A stretch of 24,000 nt of DNA from an uncultured Candidatus Izemoplasmatales bacterium (GCA_964634385.1 CAZWIZ010000005.1:4849-28848); one strand, 5' to 3'. Shown: positions 13,966-23,841, counted from the first letter of the stretch. Numbers and translations are program-made. Notes: generated from the sequence alone by a model not told the origin.

Positions 13966-15759
13966 ATGTCAAATATGAATATTACCAAAAGTAAGTTTAT
14001 GGAATTTATTCGTTGTAATAGATATCCAGCTTTAAATAATATCTATAAACGACGAAATTTAGATGATGCTTTAATGGATCGATATAATGATTTATTGGAT
14101 TCATTACAAAATATTAGTGAAGATGTTTATGAAGATGATTTTTTAGAACCTGATTTATCTCATTTGAGAACAATGATGCCTTATTTCACCCAAGTAGAGG
14201 TTTTAGCTGCCAAAAAAGTAATGGCTTTATTTGGCGGAGAAACAATATATGGAACAAAATATGGTGTTCAAAAATTATTCTTAAAAGACTTTAATAATTT
14301 TAATTTAATGTGTTATGTAGATATTTATAATACAAGTAAAAAAAGTATAAACGTTATTGAAGCAAAGGCAACTACAAGTAATAAATTTATGAAATTGGGA
14401 TATACTGAAGATAAAATTAGATATAATCTATTTTATTTAGATGAATCAGATATTCTAAGACTAGAAGAAACTAGAAATCGTGACTTACTAAAAAATAAAA
14501 AATATATAAAACAAAGAAATAAATTATTTGATCGACTAGATTCAGCTGGAGTTTATGTATATGACCTTGCTTTTCAAAGATTTGTTATTGAAGGTAAAAC
14601 AAAAGATGCTTCATATTATCTAGCTGTTTTAAATCATGAGTATGTTTTTGATGGAAAATATATTAATGATGAACCCCAATATACAAATGATATAATCCGA
14701 TTTGTTGATTTATCTATAATTACAAATGAGTTACAAGATAAAATTGAAAATGATATTAATATAGTTATTAAGAGAATTATAAATGATGATGAATCTCGTG
14801 TAAAACTTGGAAAACATTGTCAACTTAAAAAAATGAGACAATGTATTTATAAAGATCTATGTTATGATATGTTTCCTGAAAAAAACAGTATATTAATGTA
14901 TCTCAATAAACATCATGGATTTAAAGATCCTGATGGTATAAAACATGACTATTTTGATCTTATAGATGAAGGATATTATACTATGGAAGATATTCCTGAT
15001 TCATGGCTTACACGGAAAAATAATAGAATTCAAAGATATGTAGCACAAACGAAAAAAATTCATTTAGATGAAAGAAAAATTCAAGCTGTAATTGAAATAA
15101 TTCAATATCCAATATATCATCTTGATTTTGAAAGTTTCCCATGTCCATTACCTAGATTTAAAGGAGAAAAACCATATTATCAAAGTCTATTTCAATTCAG
15201 TTTACATATTGAAAAAGAACCAGGAATTTGTGATAAACAAAATGATCATTATGAATTTTTAGCAAGTGATTCTACTGATCAAAGATTAGAATTAGTAAAA
15301 AAACTATGTGAATATATTAAAGATGATAATGGTAGTGTTATGGTTTATAATGAAGCTTTTGAAAAGACAAGAATAAAAGAATTAGCTGTTATGTATCCGG
15401 AATATAGTGAAAAATTACTATTAATAAATAGTCGTCTATTTGATTTATTACATGTTGTTAAAACAAATAAAAATTTATTTGTAGATCTTGGTTTTGATGA
15501 AGAAAGAGCTAAAACAGTTAATTATTATCATGAAGATTTATCTGGGTCTTACAGTATTAAAAAGGTTTTACCAGTTTTTAGTGATTTAACATACAAAGGA
15601 ATGGCAGTTGGCAATGGGATGGAAGCTGTTTATGCTTATGCTGGATTTAAAGATTTAAATAAATCAGAGCTAGAGGTTACAAGATCTAACTTAAAAGTGT
15701 ATTGTCAACAAGATACTTGGGCTATGGTTGAAATATTAGACAAGTTACGAAAGTTGTAG
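13966..15759 (+). CDS. DUF2779-type protein: N-terminal PD-(D/E)xK/Cas4-like nuclease plus C-terminal DEDDy-like exonuclease
   Basis: ATG at 13966 follows a GGAGGGG RBS. N-terminus ITKSKFMEFIRCNRY. YVDIYN...VIEAKAT is D...ExK-like. Cys pattern C...C-x8-C-x5-C (HCQLKKMRQCIYKDLC). C-terminal YHLDFESF, VYNEAFEKTRI and YCQQDTWAMVEI match the exonuclease-like half of DUF2779 as I remember it. Confidence 0.7.
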   Translation: MSNMNITKSKFMEFIRCNRYPALNNIYKRRNLDDALMDRYNDLLDSLQNISEDVYEDDFLEPDLSHLRTMMPYFTQVEVLAAKKVMALFGGETIYGTKYGVQKLFLKDFNNFNLMCYVDIYNTSKKSINVIEAKATTSNKFMKLGYTEDKIRYNLFYLDESDILRLEETRNRDLLKNKKYIKQRNKLFDRLDSAGVYVYDLAFQRFVIEGKTKDASYYLAVLNHEYVFDGKYINDEPQYTNDIIRFVDLSIITNELQDKIENDINIVIKRIINDDESRVKLGKHCQLKKMRQCIYKDLCYDMFPEKNSILMYLNKHHGFKDPDGIKHDYFDLIDEGYYTMEDIPDSWLTRKNNRIQRYVAQTKKIHLDERKIQAVIEIIQYPIYHLDFESFPCPLPRFKGEKPYYQSLFQFSLHIEKEPGICDKQNDHYEFLASDSTDQRLELVKKLCEYIKDDNGSVMVYNEAFEKTRIKELAVMYPEYSEKLLLINSRLFDLLHVVKTNKNLFVDLGFDEERAKTVNYYHEDLSGSYSIKKVLPVFSDLTYKGMAVGNGMEAVYAYAGFKDLNKSELEVTRSNLKVYCQQDTWAMVEILDKLRKL

Positions 15760-15767
15760 TGATTTAG

Positions 15768-15795
15768 TTTACAAATCATATTAATATGATATAAT
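15768..15795 (+). promoter_or_regulatory. Promoter of tig
   Basis: TTTACA (15768-15773), 16 nt, TGaTATAAT (15787-15795). Confidence 0.5.
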
Positions 15796-15832
15796 AGTTT
15801 TTGTGATTTTGGATTATTAGGAGGAAATAAAA

Positions 15833-17122
15833 ATGGTAAAAGTAGATAAATTATCAGGTTCTAAAGTTAGAATCGAAATAGAAGTTTCTAAAGAGTCATT
15901 TGAACAAGGACTTGAACATTCATTCAACGCTGTAAAAGATGATGTTGAAGTTAAAGGATTTAGAAAAGGGAAAGTATCAAGAACTATTTTTGAAAAACAT
16001 TTTGGAGTTGAATCATTATATGAAGAAGCAATTAATCATTGTATTCAAGAATCATATATTGACGCTGTAACCACGGAAAAAGTAACTGTTGTAGCACAAC
16101 CTAAAATTGATGTTGATATTACAAAAGTAGAAAAAGGAAAAGGATTTAAATATGTTGCCGAAGTAGCTGTTGAACCAGTTGTAACTTTAGGAGATTACAA
16201 AGATTTAGAATTTGAGAATCTTAGTGATGAAGTTAAGGATGAACAAGTTAATACTGAAATTAACAAATTATTAGAACAAAATGCTGAATTAGTCCTTAAA
16301 GAAGAGGGAAATTTAGAAAATGGTGATACAGCAATCTTTGATTTTGAAGGTTCTGTTGATGGGGCTTTATTCGAAGGTGGGAAAGCAGAAAACTACGAAT
16401 TATTAATAGGTAGTGGACAATTTATTCCCGGATTTGAAGATAAAATGTTAGGAATGAAACTTGATGAAGAAAGAAATATAGAAATTAAATTCCCAGAAGA
16501 TTATCAAGCTGAAAATCTTAAAGGAAAAGATGCTGTTTTCAAAATAAAACTACATGAGATGAAAAGAAAAGAAATACCAGAATTAAATGATGACTTTATT
16601 AAAGAATTAGACAAAAAAGGTATTAATACAGTTGATGAATTAAGAGCTGACACTTTAACTAAATTAAAGGATCAACTAATTTTGAAAAACAACAATACTA
16701 GAATTGATTTCGCAGTAAATAAAGCTGTTGAAAATGCAACTTATGAAATAGCACAAGAAATGATTGAAGAGGAGAAAAATCGTTTAGTTGATAACGTTAT
16801 TCAACAAGCTAAACAATATAATTTAGACTTGGATACATATTTACAATATTCAGGAATCTCAAAAGAAGATTTTGATAAAAATTTACTGAAAGATGCTGAA
16901 AAATCAATTGCTACTAGAATAGTAGTTCAAGCAATCTCAAAAGAAGAAAAAATAGAAGCAACACAAGAAGAAAAAGATGCTAAATACGAAGAAATAGCTG
17001 CTCAATATAAAATGGACATCAATCAAGTTAAAGTAGCTGTTAATGATGAAGCTGTAGCGTCAGAAGTTGAATATAAGAAAACATTAGATTTTCTAGTGGA
17101 TAGTTTAAAAATTATAAAATAA
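15833..17122 (+). CDS. tig: Trigger factor
   Basis: 429 aa. N-terminal ribosome-binding signature GFRKGKVSR and central FKBP-type PPIase region (DFEGSVDGALFEGGKAENYELLIGSGQFIPGFEDKMLGMK). Strong GGAGG RBS. Confidence 0.93.
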   Translation: MVKVDKLSGSKVRIEIEVSKESFEQGLEHSFNAVKDDVEVKGFRKGKVSRTIFEKHFGVESLYEEAINHCIQESYIDAVTTEKVTVVAQPKIDVDITKVEKGKGFKYVAEVAVEPVVTLGDYKDLEFENLSDEVKDEQVNTEINKLLEQNAELVLKEEGNLENGDTAIFDFEGSVDGALFEGGKAENYELLIGSGQFIPGFEDKMLGMKLDEERNIEIKFPEDYQAENLKGKDAVFKIKLHEMKRKEIPELNDDFIKELDKKGINTVDELRADTLTKLKDQLILKNNNTRIDFAVNKAVENATYEIAQEMIEEEKNRLVDNVIQQAKQYNLDLDTYLQYSGISKEDFDKNLLKDAEKSIATRIVVQAISKEEKIEATQEEKDAKYEEIAAQYKMDINQVKVAVNDEAVASEVEYKKTLDFLVDSLKIIK

Positions 17123-17125
17123 TTA

Positions 17126-17154
17126 TAAAAACATCACATTGTGATGTTTTTTTA
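17126..17154 (+). terminator. Rho-independent terminator after tig
   Basis: ACATCAC-ATT-GTGATGT followed by TTTTTTT. Confidence 0.7.
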
Positions 17155-17206
17155 TGTTAGAATAGTATGACAATTTAATAATTAAATATTATGCGAGGTG
17201 AGAAAA

Positions 17207-18025
17207 ATGTATAAATTAGCTGTATTTGATATGGATGGAACAATTCTTAATAGTAAACATGAAATCTCGAAAGAGAACAAGGATGCAATTAAGGAACTTG
17301 AAAGTAACGGAGTAAAAATTGTTATTGCGACTGGAAGACCAGGCCAATTTCTAAAAAAATTTGTTAATGATTTAGAAATAAAAGAATACGTTATAACATG
17401 CAATGGTAGTGTTATTGGTAAGCCTTTTACAGATGATTTTTTACATATTAATACAATTAATAAGGAAACGGTAATTAAAATAGTAGATATGTGTGAAGAA
17501 AATCATTATGATTATCTTCTTTATACAATTGATACTGTAGTAACAAAAATGAACGATAAGCTAAATTTGATTAGAAAAGCAGAAGAATTATATGAGGAGA
17601 AAGATAAAGCTCATATTATTCAAACGGAGGATCCTAATTATATTAAAAATAATTTTTTTCCTAATAAAATACTAATTACCGAAAAAGACCCAGTAAAATT
17701 CAAAAAATTATGGGATTTTATGAAAGGTTTTAGAAATATTGAGTATACTCAAAGCTGGGTAGGTGCGTTAGATGTATCACCTCTAGGAGATACAAAAGGT
17801 AACGCGGTTAAGATACTAGCTAAACATTATGGTATAAAAAAAGAAGAAATAGTTTCATTTGGTGATCAACTAAATGATATTACTATGATTAAATATGCAG
17901 GATTAGGAATAGCTATGGGAAATGCTGAAGATGAAGTTAAACAAATAGCTGATTATGTTACGTTAACGAATGATGAAAGTGGAGTCGCGTTTGCTATAAA
18001 AAAAATAATTCTAAAAGAATTATAA
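17207..18025 (+). CDS. Cof-type HAD-IIB family phosphatase
   Basis: Motif I FDMDGTILN, ATGR, and C-terminal GDQLNDITMIKYAGLGIAMGNA. ATG at 17207 follows a GAGGTGA RBS. Confidence 0.85.
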   Translation: MYKLAVFDMDGTILNSKHEISKENKDAIKELESNGVKIVIATGRPGQFLKKFVNDLEIKEYVITCNGSVIGKPFTDDFLHINTINKETVIKIVDMCEENHYDYLLYTIDTVVTKMNDKLNLIRKAEELYEEKDKAHIIQTEDPNYIKNNFFPNKILITEKDPVKFKKLWDFMKGFRNIEYTQSWVGALDVSPLGDTKGNAVKILAKHYGIKKEEIVSFGDQLNDITMIKYAGLGIAMGNAEDEVKQIADYVTLTNDESGVAFAIKKIILKEL

Positions 18026-18108
18026 TAATTTATCTAAATTTGAATCTTGAAAATATAAATCTTTAGTGCTTTAATTTGATTAAAAGATAATAAAATTAAA
18101 AGTATGTA

Positions 18109-18687
18109 ATGGAAATAAAAGGTATTGTTGCTAGTGATGGAATAAGTATTACGAAAATATATAAGTTAGAATCTATTGTTTTGATGGGGAAAAGATTTTA
18201 AATGAGTGTCATAATGAACTAAATAGAAAAATGATTTGAAGTAAGTGATAATTATAAAGTTTGTATAATGGTAGAAATCATCGCAGTCGCATTACTCACA
18301 GATTAGTTTGCTAAAGAAGTTGATTTTTTCAGTATTGGAACTAATGATTTCATTCAATATGCGTTCATTGCGGATAAAATAACTGAAGAGTTTTGTGTTA
18401 TATCAATCATATAACTCATCACTATTAAGATTATTAAAATGTAATAATGCTTCGTATAAAGAAGGAATTTGGACAGGTGTGTGTGAAGATATTGGAGATT
18501 AAAGCGGTGCTCTACTTTATTTGGAATAGGATTAAGTGAATTTAGTATGAGTATAACTAATATTTTACAAACAAGATGTTTGTTTAGTTAGTTAAGTTAT
18601 CAAGAGATAAGATGTATTTTGACCGATTTTGGAAACTTAAAAATAAACAAAGAGATAATGAATTATATAAGTAATTTAATATTTTAA
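18109..18687 (+). pseudogene. ptsI: Decayed ptsI (PTS enzyme I) remnant with a large internal deletion and multiple stops
   Basis: N-terminal MEIKGIVASDGISITKIYKLE, then a stop. Later, across frames and stops: [46 protein letters not shown] and GIGLSEFSMSITNILQTR. These match the conserved EI C-terminal blocks [32 protein letters not shown] and LGLDEFSMS. Only about 170 of roughly 570 codons remain. Confidence 0.8.
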
Positions 18688-18782
18688 ATTACAAAATAGA
18701 AACTTATTTTTTTATTTTTTTATTTACTGCTTTTTTTAAGATGATAAATAAAATTTAAAAAAGTTTTACTAATGCTTAAGCG

Positions 18783-18810
18783 TTGATAATTATTAAAAAT
18801 AAGATATAAT
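18783..18810 (+). promoter_or_regulatory. Promoter of lon
   Basis: TTGATA (18783-18788), 16 nt, TATAAT (18805-18810). AGAGGTGA RBS before the ATG at 18849. Confidence 0.5.
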
Positions 18811-18848
18811 ATAATTGTACAAAGTATATATTACAAGAGGTGATTTAA

Positions 18849-21173
18849 ATGTATCAAAATAACGTGTTAACAGAAGGACTATTACCAAGTATCGCAATTC
18901 GCGGAATTGCGCCTTTTCCACATACAGATCTTCGCATTGAAGTAGGACGTATTGTATCAAGAAATGCTCTTTTAGAAGCAGAAAAGAATTTCGCAGGGTT
19001 TGTATTATTATTAATTCAAGAAAACCCAATGCATGATTTACCAACTAAAGAAAATGTTTTAGAATATGGGGTTGTAGCTAAAATAGGAATTAAAATAAAA
19101 TTACCAAACGGTAATTTTAAAGTAAAATTTAATCCAGTTATTCGAGCTAAAATTAATGATATTGAAAGAACCACTCCGTATTTTTTAACTAGATTTACAA
19201 CAATGCCAACAATTCAAGAAGATATTGATCAAGAATTGGCATTAGTTAGAATGCTTGCTCAACAAGTTTTAGAAAACAATAAAACATTTTTAAAAAATCC
19301 TAAATTAAGTTTAGAATCAATTCAAAAAGGTGTTTCAAGTGATCGATTATGTGATGTTGTTACTAATAGTTTAAGAATTAGTGAAAATCTAAAATATAAG
19401 TATCTTAAAACAGCTTCTTTAAATGAACGATTAACTTTTTTACTTGCTGATATTGAAAAAGAAAAATATATGCATGAATTAGAAAACAAAATAAATAAAA
19501 CTGTTAAAAAGAATATTGATGAAAACCAAAAAGAGTATTATTTAAGAGAAAAAATGCGTGCAATTCAAGAAGAATTAGGCGACAAAGTAAAAAAAGAAAG
19601 TGATATCGAAGATTTAAAAGCTAAAATATTAGAGAAAAAAATGCCAAAATCCATTGAAGAAAAAGCAATGTATGAATTATCTCGTTATCAGTCCCTTCCT
19701 GTATCATCTGGGGAATCTGGAGTAATAAGAACATATTTAGATTTTTTACTTGATTTGCCATGGCATGAAGTTACTATTGATGAAAAAGATATAAGTAAGG
19801 CTGAAGCTGCTCTTAATTCTACCCATTTTGGACTTGAGAAAGTTAAAGAAAGAATCATTGAGTATTTAGCTGTTAAAATATTAACTGGAAAAAACCCTCA
19901 AACAATTTTATGTTTAGTTGGTCCACCAGGCGTTGGTAAAACAACATTAGCACAAAGTATTGCTTTGGCTTTAGGAAGAAACTTTGTTAAGCAATCTCTT
20001 GGAGGAATAAAAGATGAAGCTGAAATAAGAGGACATAGAAGAACATATTTAGGAGCTTTACCTGGAAGAATATTACAAGGAATTAAGAAAGCACAAGTTA
20101 TTAATCCTGTCTTCTTATTAGATGAAGTAGATAAATTAGGAAGCGATTATAAAGGTGATCCTAGTGCTGCCTTACTTGAAGTGCTAGATCCTGAACAAAA
20201 CGCTAAATTTAGTGATCATTATTTAGAAGAACAATATGATTTATCACAAGTATTATTTATCGCAACAGCTAATTATTTAGGAAATATTCCTGCGGCTTTA
20301 CGCGATAGAATGGAAATTATTCAGTTATCAAGTTATACGGAAATAGAAAAATTTAATATTGCTCGTGAACATTTAATTAAGAAACAATTAGATACTCATG
20401 GATTAGAAGCGAAAAAATTCTCGATTACCGATGAAGCAATTATGGAATTGATTAGATCTTATACAAGAGAAGCTGGAGTAAGACAATTAGATAGAACATT
20501 TGGAACATTAATTAGAAAATCAATTAAAATTATTCTTGGGGATAAAAAGAAAAATGTAAAAATAACAAAAGAAACAGTAGTAGATTTTCTTGGGAAACCC
20601 CGATTTACAAATACAAAAAGTGAAACAGAAGATCAAATTGGTGTAGTTACAGGTCTTGCATATACACAATTTGGAGGAGATACTTTAGCAATTGAAGTAA
20701 CTTATTATAAGGGTAAAGGTAAACTGGTACTTACTGGTAAACTAGGAGATGTTATGAAAGAGTCAGCACAAGCTGCTTTATCATATGTTAAATCAAATAG
20801 TGAAAAATATCATATAGATCCTGAATTCTATATCGAAAACGATATTCATATTCATGTACCTGAAGGTGCTGTTCCTAAAGATGGACCAAGTGCTGGTGTA
20901 ACGATGGCAACTGCCATAGTGTCAGCTTTAACACATAAAAAGGTTGATCATTTTATCGGAATGACTGGAGAAATTACTTTAAGAGGAAGAATTTTACCAA
21001 TTGGTGGGTTGAAAGAAAAATCAATTGCAGCTCATCGTAGTGGATTGAAAACAATTTTAATTCCATTTGATAATAAAAAGGATTTAGAAGATATACCAAA
21101 AGAAATCAAGGAAGCATTAGAAATTGTCCCCGTTGCTTCAATTGATGAAATTATTACAAGAATATTAAAATAA
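18849..21173 (+). CDS. lon: ATP-dependent Lon protease (LonA)
   Basis: 774 aa. N-terminal LON domain (LPSIAIRGIAPFPHTDLRIEVGR), Walker A GPPGVGKT, Walker B FLLDEVDK, protease active-site block PKDGPSAGVTMATA, and downstream Lys (GGLKEK). Confidence 0.95.
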   Translation: MYQNNVLTEGLLPSIAIRGIAPFPHTDLRIEVGRIVSRNALLEAEKNFAGFVLLLIQENPMHDLPTKENVLEYGVVAKIGIKIKLPNGNFKVKFNPVIRAKINDIERTTPYFLTRFTTMPTIQEDIDQELALVRMLAQQVLENNKTFLKNPKLSLESIQKGVSSDRLCDVVTNSLRISENLKYKYLKTASLNERLTFLLADIEKEKYMHELENKINKTVKKNIDENQKEYYLREKMRAIQEELGDKVKKESDIEDLKAKILEKKMPKSIEEKAMYELSRYQSLPVSSGESGVIRTYLDFLLDLPWHEVTIDEKDISKAEAALNSTHFGLEKVKERIIEYLAVKILTGKNPQTILCLVGPPGVGKTTLAQSIALALGRNFVKQSLGGIKDEAEIRGHRRTYLGALPGRILQGIKKAQVINPVFLLDEVDKLGSDYKGDPSAALLEVLDPEQNAKFSDHYLEEQYDLSQVLFIATANYLGNIPAALRDRMEIIQLSSYTEIEKFNIAREHLIKKQLDTHGLEAKKFSITDEAIMELIRSYTREAGVRQLDRTFGTLIRKSIKIILGDKKKNVKITKETVVDFLGKPRFTNTKSETEDQIGVVTGLAYTQFGGDTLAIEVTYYKGKGKLVLTGKLGDVMKESAQAALSYVKSNSEKYHIDPEFYIENDIHIHVPEGAVPKDGPSAGVTMATAIVSALTHKKVDHFIGMTGEITLRGRILPIGGLKEKSIAAHRSGLKTILIPFDNKKDLEDIPKEIKEALEIVPVASIDEIITRILK

Positions 21174-21211
21174 AAAAAATAGTAGTGAATTTTATTCACT
21201 ACTATTTTTTT
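21172..21211 (+). terminator. Rho-independent terminator after lon
   Basis: ATAGTAGTGAA-TTTTA-TTCACTACTAT (11-bp stem) followed by TTTTTT. Confidence 0.8.
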
Positions 21212-21312
21212 GTCAAAAGTCTGTTAAAAATTGATACTACTAACTTTTTTTATAAAATTTCAAAATGAGTGTTATAATTAAAAAAAGGATATTATAAATA
21301 TGAGGTGGAAAT

Positions 21313-22074
21313 ATGAATGAATTTATTCGAAAAATAGTTTCTAAAATTGACAAAACGAATGTTGATTTTATATATTTGATTGGAAGTTATTCACGAAATA
21401 ATCAAAATGAATTTAGTGATATTGACATAATAATTGCCTTAAAAGATGGAAATGCAAGTTATAATGAAAATCAGTATATCGATGGAACATATGTATCCTT
21501 AAACTATGATTCTTATAATGAAATAAAAAAAAATTATACAGATCCATTAAAATATATTAATGGACATACTGGAATAGTTAATTTGATTCCTTTATATGAT
21601 GAACATAATAAATTAAATATTTTTCAAAATAAATGTATGAATATTGATTATTTTAATGATTTTAAAAGTAAAATAGACAAATATATAAATAAAGAGGTAA
21701 TTGATTGGATTGAAGAAGTGAATAAAGCTTGTAATGGATATTTTAATAATAATCCAACTAAAATGCTTGCTGGTCTTCATGGACTAACATACGGAATGTT
21801 AAATGTTTTAGCGGTTAGTGAAGGCATAATAACCTCTGAAAATGGTTTTTTAGAATCATTCAGCAATTTTTTTAATAATAATGAAATTTATAGATTAATT
21901 GAAAAAGCATTCGGAATCGAAAAAATTAGTCTTGTAAATAGAACAATCTCTGGATTAATTTTGTATCTGGATATTATAGATATTATTAATTATCGATTTT
22001 CAGAAGTTACTAAGAACAATGTTTATTTAGCAAAACAAAATATAATAAAAGTGCTTAACGAGGTGAAAAAATGA
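21313..22074 (+). CDS. Nucleotidyltransferase-domain protein (kanamycin-nucleotidyltransferase-like architecture)
   Basis: 253 aa. GS...D.D signature LIGSYSRNNQNEFSDIDIII followed by a helical C-terminal domain. GAGGTGGA RBS. The substrate cannot be inferred from the sequence alone. Confidence 0.65.
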   Translation: MNEFIRKIVSKIDKTNVDFIYLIGSYSRNNQNEFSDIDIIIALKDGNASYNENQYIDGTYVSLNYDSYNEIKKNYTDPLKYINGHTGIVNLIPLYDEHNKLNIFQNKCMNIDYFNDFKSKIDKYINKEVIDWIEEVNKACNGYFNNNPTKMLAGLHGLTYGMLNVLAVSEGIITSENGFLESFSNFFNNNEIYRLIEKAFGIEKISLVNRTISGLILYLDIIDIINYRFSEVTKNNVYLAKQNIIKVLNEVKK

Positions 22075-23093
22075 TTGATTTTAGAAGTGATACAGTAACA
22101 AAACCAACAACAGAAATGAGAAAAGCTATGGCTAATGCAATTGTGGGGGATGATGTTTATCAAGATGATCCTACAATAAAAGAATTAGAATCTTTAGCTG
22201 CTGAAATGACAGGTAAAGAAGCTTCGCTATTTGTCACAAGTGGTACTATGGGAAATCAACTTTCTATTTATACTCAAACAAAACGTGGAGATGAAATAAT
22301 AGTTGGAAGTTCAGCTCATATTAAGAATTATGAAGTAGGAGCTAGTGCTGTCATTAGTGGAGTAAGTTATCATTTAATTCAAGAAATTGACGGAATGATG
22401 CCATTAGATAAAATAAAAAAAGGAATAAGAGGAGAAGACATTCATTTTCCTAATACTTCTTTAATTTGTATTGAAAATGCTCACGGTAGTGGAAAAGTTT
22501 TACCACTTGAATATATGGAAGAAGTTTATAAATTAGCTCAAAAAAATGAACTAAAAGTTCACTTAGATGGAGCTAGATTATTTAATGCAGCAACGTTTTT
22601 AAATGTTGATCCTAAAGAAATTACAAAATATGCGGATAGTGTAACGTTTTGTTTATCAAAAGGATTAGCTAGTCCAGTTGGTAGTATGATTTGTGGATCA
22701 AAAGAGTTTATTGAAAAAGCACGACATGGTCGAAAATTGCTTGGTGGAGGAATGAGACAAGTTGGAATTTTGGGGGCAGCTGGACTTATATCTTTAAGAA
22801 GAATGACAAATAGATTATATATTGATCATGAAAATGCGAAATATTTGGCTAATAAACTTGATAGAATTAACGGAATTGAAGTTGACTATAATCGGTTAGA
22901 TATTAATATGGTCTTTATCAAATTTTATAAGGATTATCCAGATTTGCTTGATTATTTTAAAGAAGAAGGAATATTATTAGGAGGCTACAAAGATCAATTT
23001 CTTAGATTAGTTGTTCATAATGATATATCAATAAAAAATATTGATTATCTGGTATCTATTTTTGGCAAATATTTCGAAAGAAAGGATATCTAA
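22071..23093 (+). CDS. ltaE: Low-specificity L-threonine aldolase (PLP-dependent)
   Basis: IDFRSDTVTKPTTEMRKAMANAIVGDDVYQDDPTIKELE is the typical N-terminus. SGTMGNQ, HLDGARL and the PLP-Lys context FCLSKGLASPVGS are present. ATGA start/stop overlap with the upstream gene. Confidence 0.88.
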   Translation: MIDFRSDTVTKPTTEMRKAMANAIVGDDVYQDDPTIKELESLAAEMTGKEASLFVTSGTMGNQLSIYTQTKRGDEIIVGSSAHIKNYEVGASAVISGVSYHLIQEIDGMMPLDKIKKGIRGEDIHFPNTSLICIENAHGSGKVLPLEYMEEVYKLAQKNELKVHLDGARLFNAATFLNVDPKEITKYADSVTFCLSKGLASPVGSMICGSKEFIEKARHGRKLLGGGMRQVGILGAAGLISLRRMTNRLYIDHENAKYLANKLDRINGIEVDYNRLDINMVFIKFYKDYPDLLDYFKEEGILLGGYKDQFLRLVVHNDISIKNIDYLVSIFGKYFERKDI

Positions 23094-23095
23094 TA

Positions 23096-23800
23096 ATGGG
23101 GAAAGGAAAAGGAAGTTATTATTTTCAAGGGAATAATAACCTAGGAGTTTTAGTTTGTCATGGATTAACTGGTGCACCTGATGAAATGAGAGAATTGGGT
23201 AAATATTTAAATAATTTAGGATATACTGTAGCTTGTCCACAATATCGAGGCCACGGAATGGATTCCGATAATTTTTCTTTTACATCTATTGATATGTGGT
23301 TTGAAGATATTGAAAAAGCATTTTTAGATTTATCCTCTAAAGTTAATGGAATTTATGTGATAGGTCTTTCAATGGGTGGTGCTTTTACAGTAAGAATTGC
23401 AGAAGATTATGATATATTAGGATTAGTAACAATGAATGCACCATTAATAGGACTTCCTATAAAAGAAAGATTTGACAAAATGGAGAAAGAAATCACAAAT
23501 GTTAATAATTTGGAAAAAGCGAAAAAAGCTTTATCAAAGTATAATAAATTTGTTATTGAAACAGGACAAGTAAATAATTTATCAAAGATTATAGCACCAT
23601 TATTAATAATTCAAAGTGAGTTAGATATCGATCGTTATAAAATAAGTTCTAGTATGTTAACTGAATATACAAGTTCTAAATACATTTCCCGATTAGATTT
23701 TAAAAAATCAGGACATGTACTTGTTTTAGGAGATGAAAGATATGAAGTATATGAATCAATTGGGAATTTTCTTTCAAAGAAAGAAAAGGTTTCTTTTTAA
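23096..23800 (+). CDS. Alpha/beta-hydrolase carboxylesterase (YvaK/Est-like)
   Basis: HGLTGAPDEM, nucleophile elbow GLSMGG, and C-terminal SGHVL. Length (234 aa) and layout resemble Bacillus-type carboxylesterases. Confidence 0.8.
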   Translation: MGKGKGSYYFQGNNNLGVLVCHGLTGAPDEMRELGKYLNNLGYTVACPQYRGHGMDSDNFSFTSIDMWFEDIEKAFLDLSSKVNGIYVIGLSMGGAFTVRIAEDYDILGLVTMNAPLIGLPIKERFDKMEKEITNVNNLEKAKKALSKYNKFVIETGQVNNLSKIIAPLLIIQSELDIDRYKISSSMLTEYTSSKYISRLDFKKSGHVLVLGDERYEVYESIGNFLSKKEKVSF

Positions 23801-23804
23801 AAAA

Positions 23805-23841
23805 AATAAAAAAGCTAAATTATGAGATTTAGCTTTTTTTA
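23805..23841. terminator. Bidirectional rho-independent terminator between convergent genes
   Basis: AAAGCTAAAT-TATGAG-ATTTAGCTTT (10-bp stem) flanked by an A-run and a T-run. Confidence 0.75.

Noticed and set aside
18770-18848. Heat-shock operator (CIRCE or CtsR box) upstream of lon
   Set aside because: No TTAGCACTC-N9-GAGTGCTAA-like inverted repeat or tandem GGTCAAA-type CtsR repeat is visible. Only an ordinary promoter was found.
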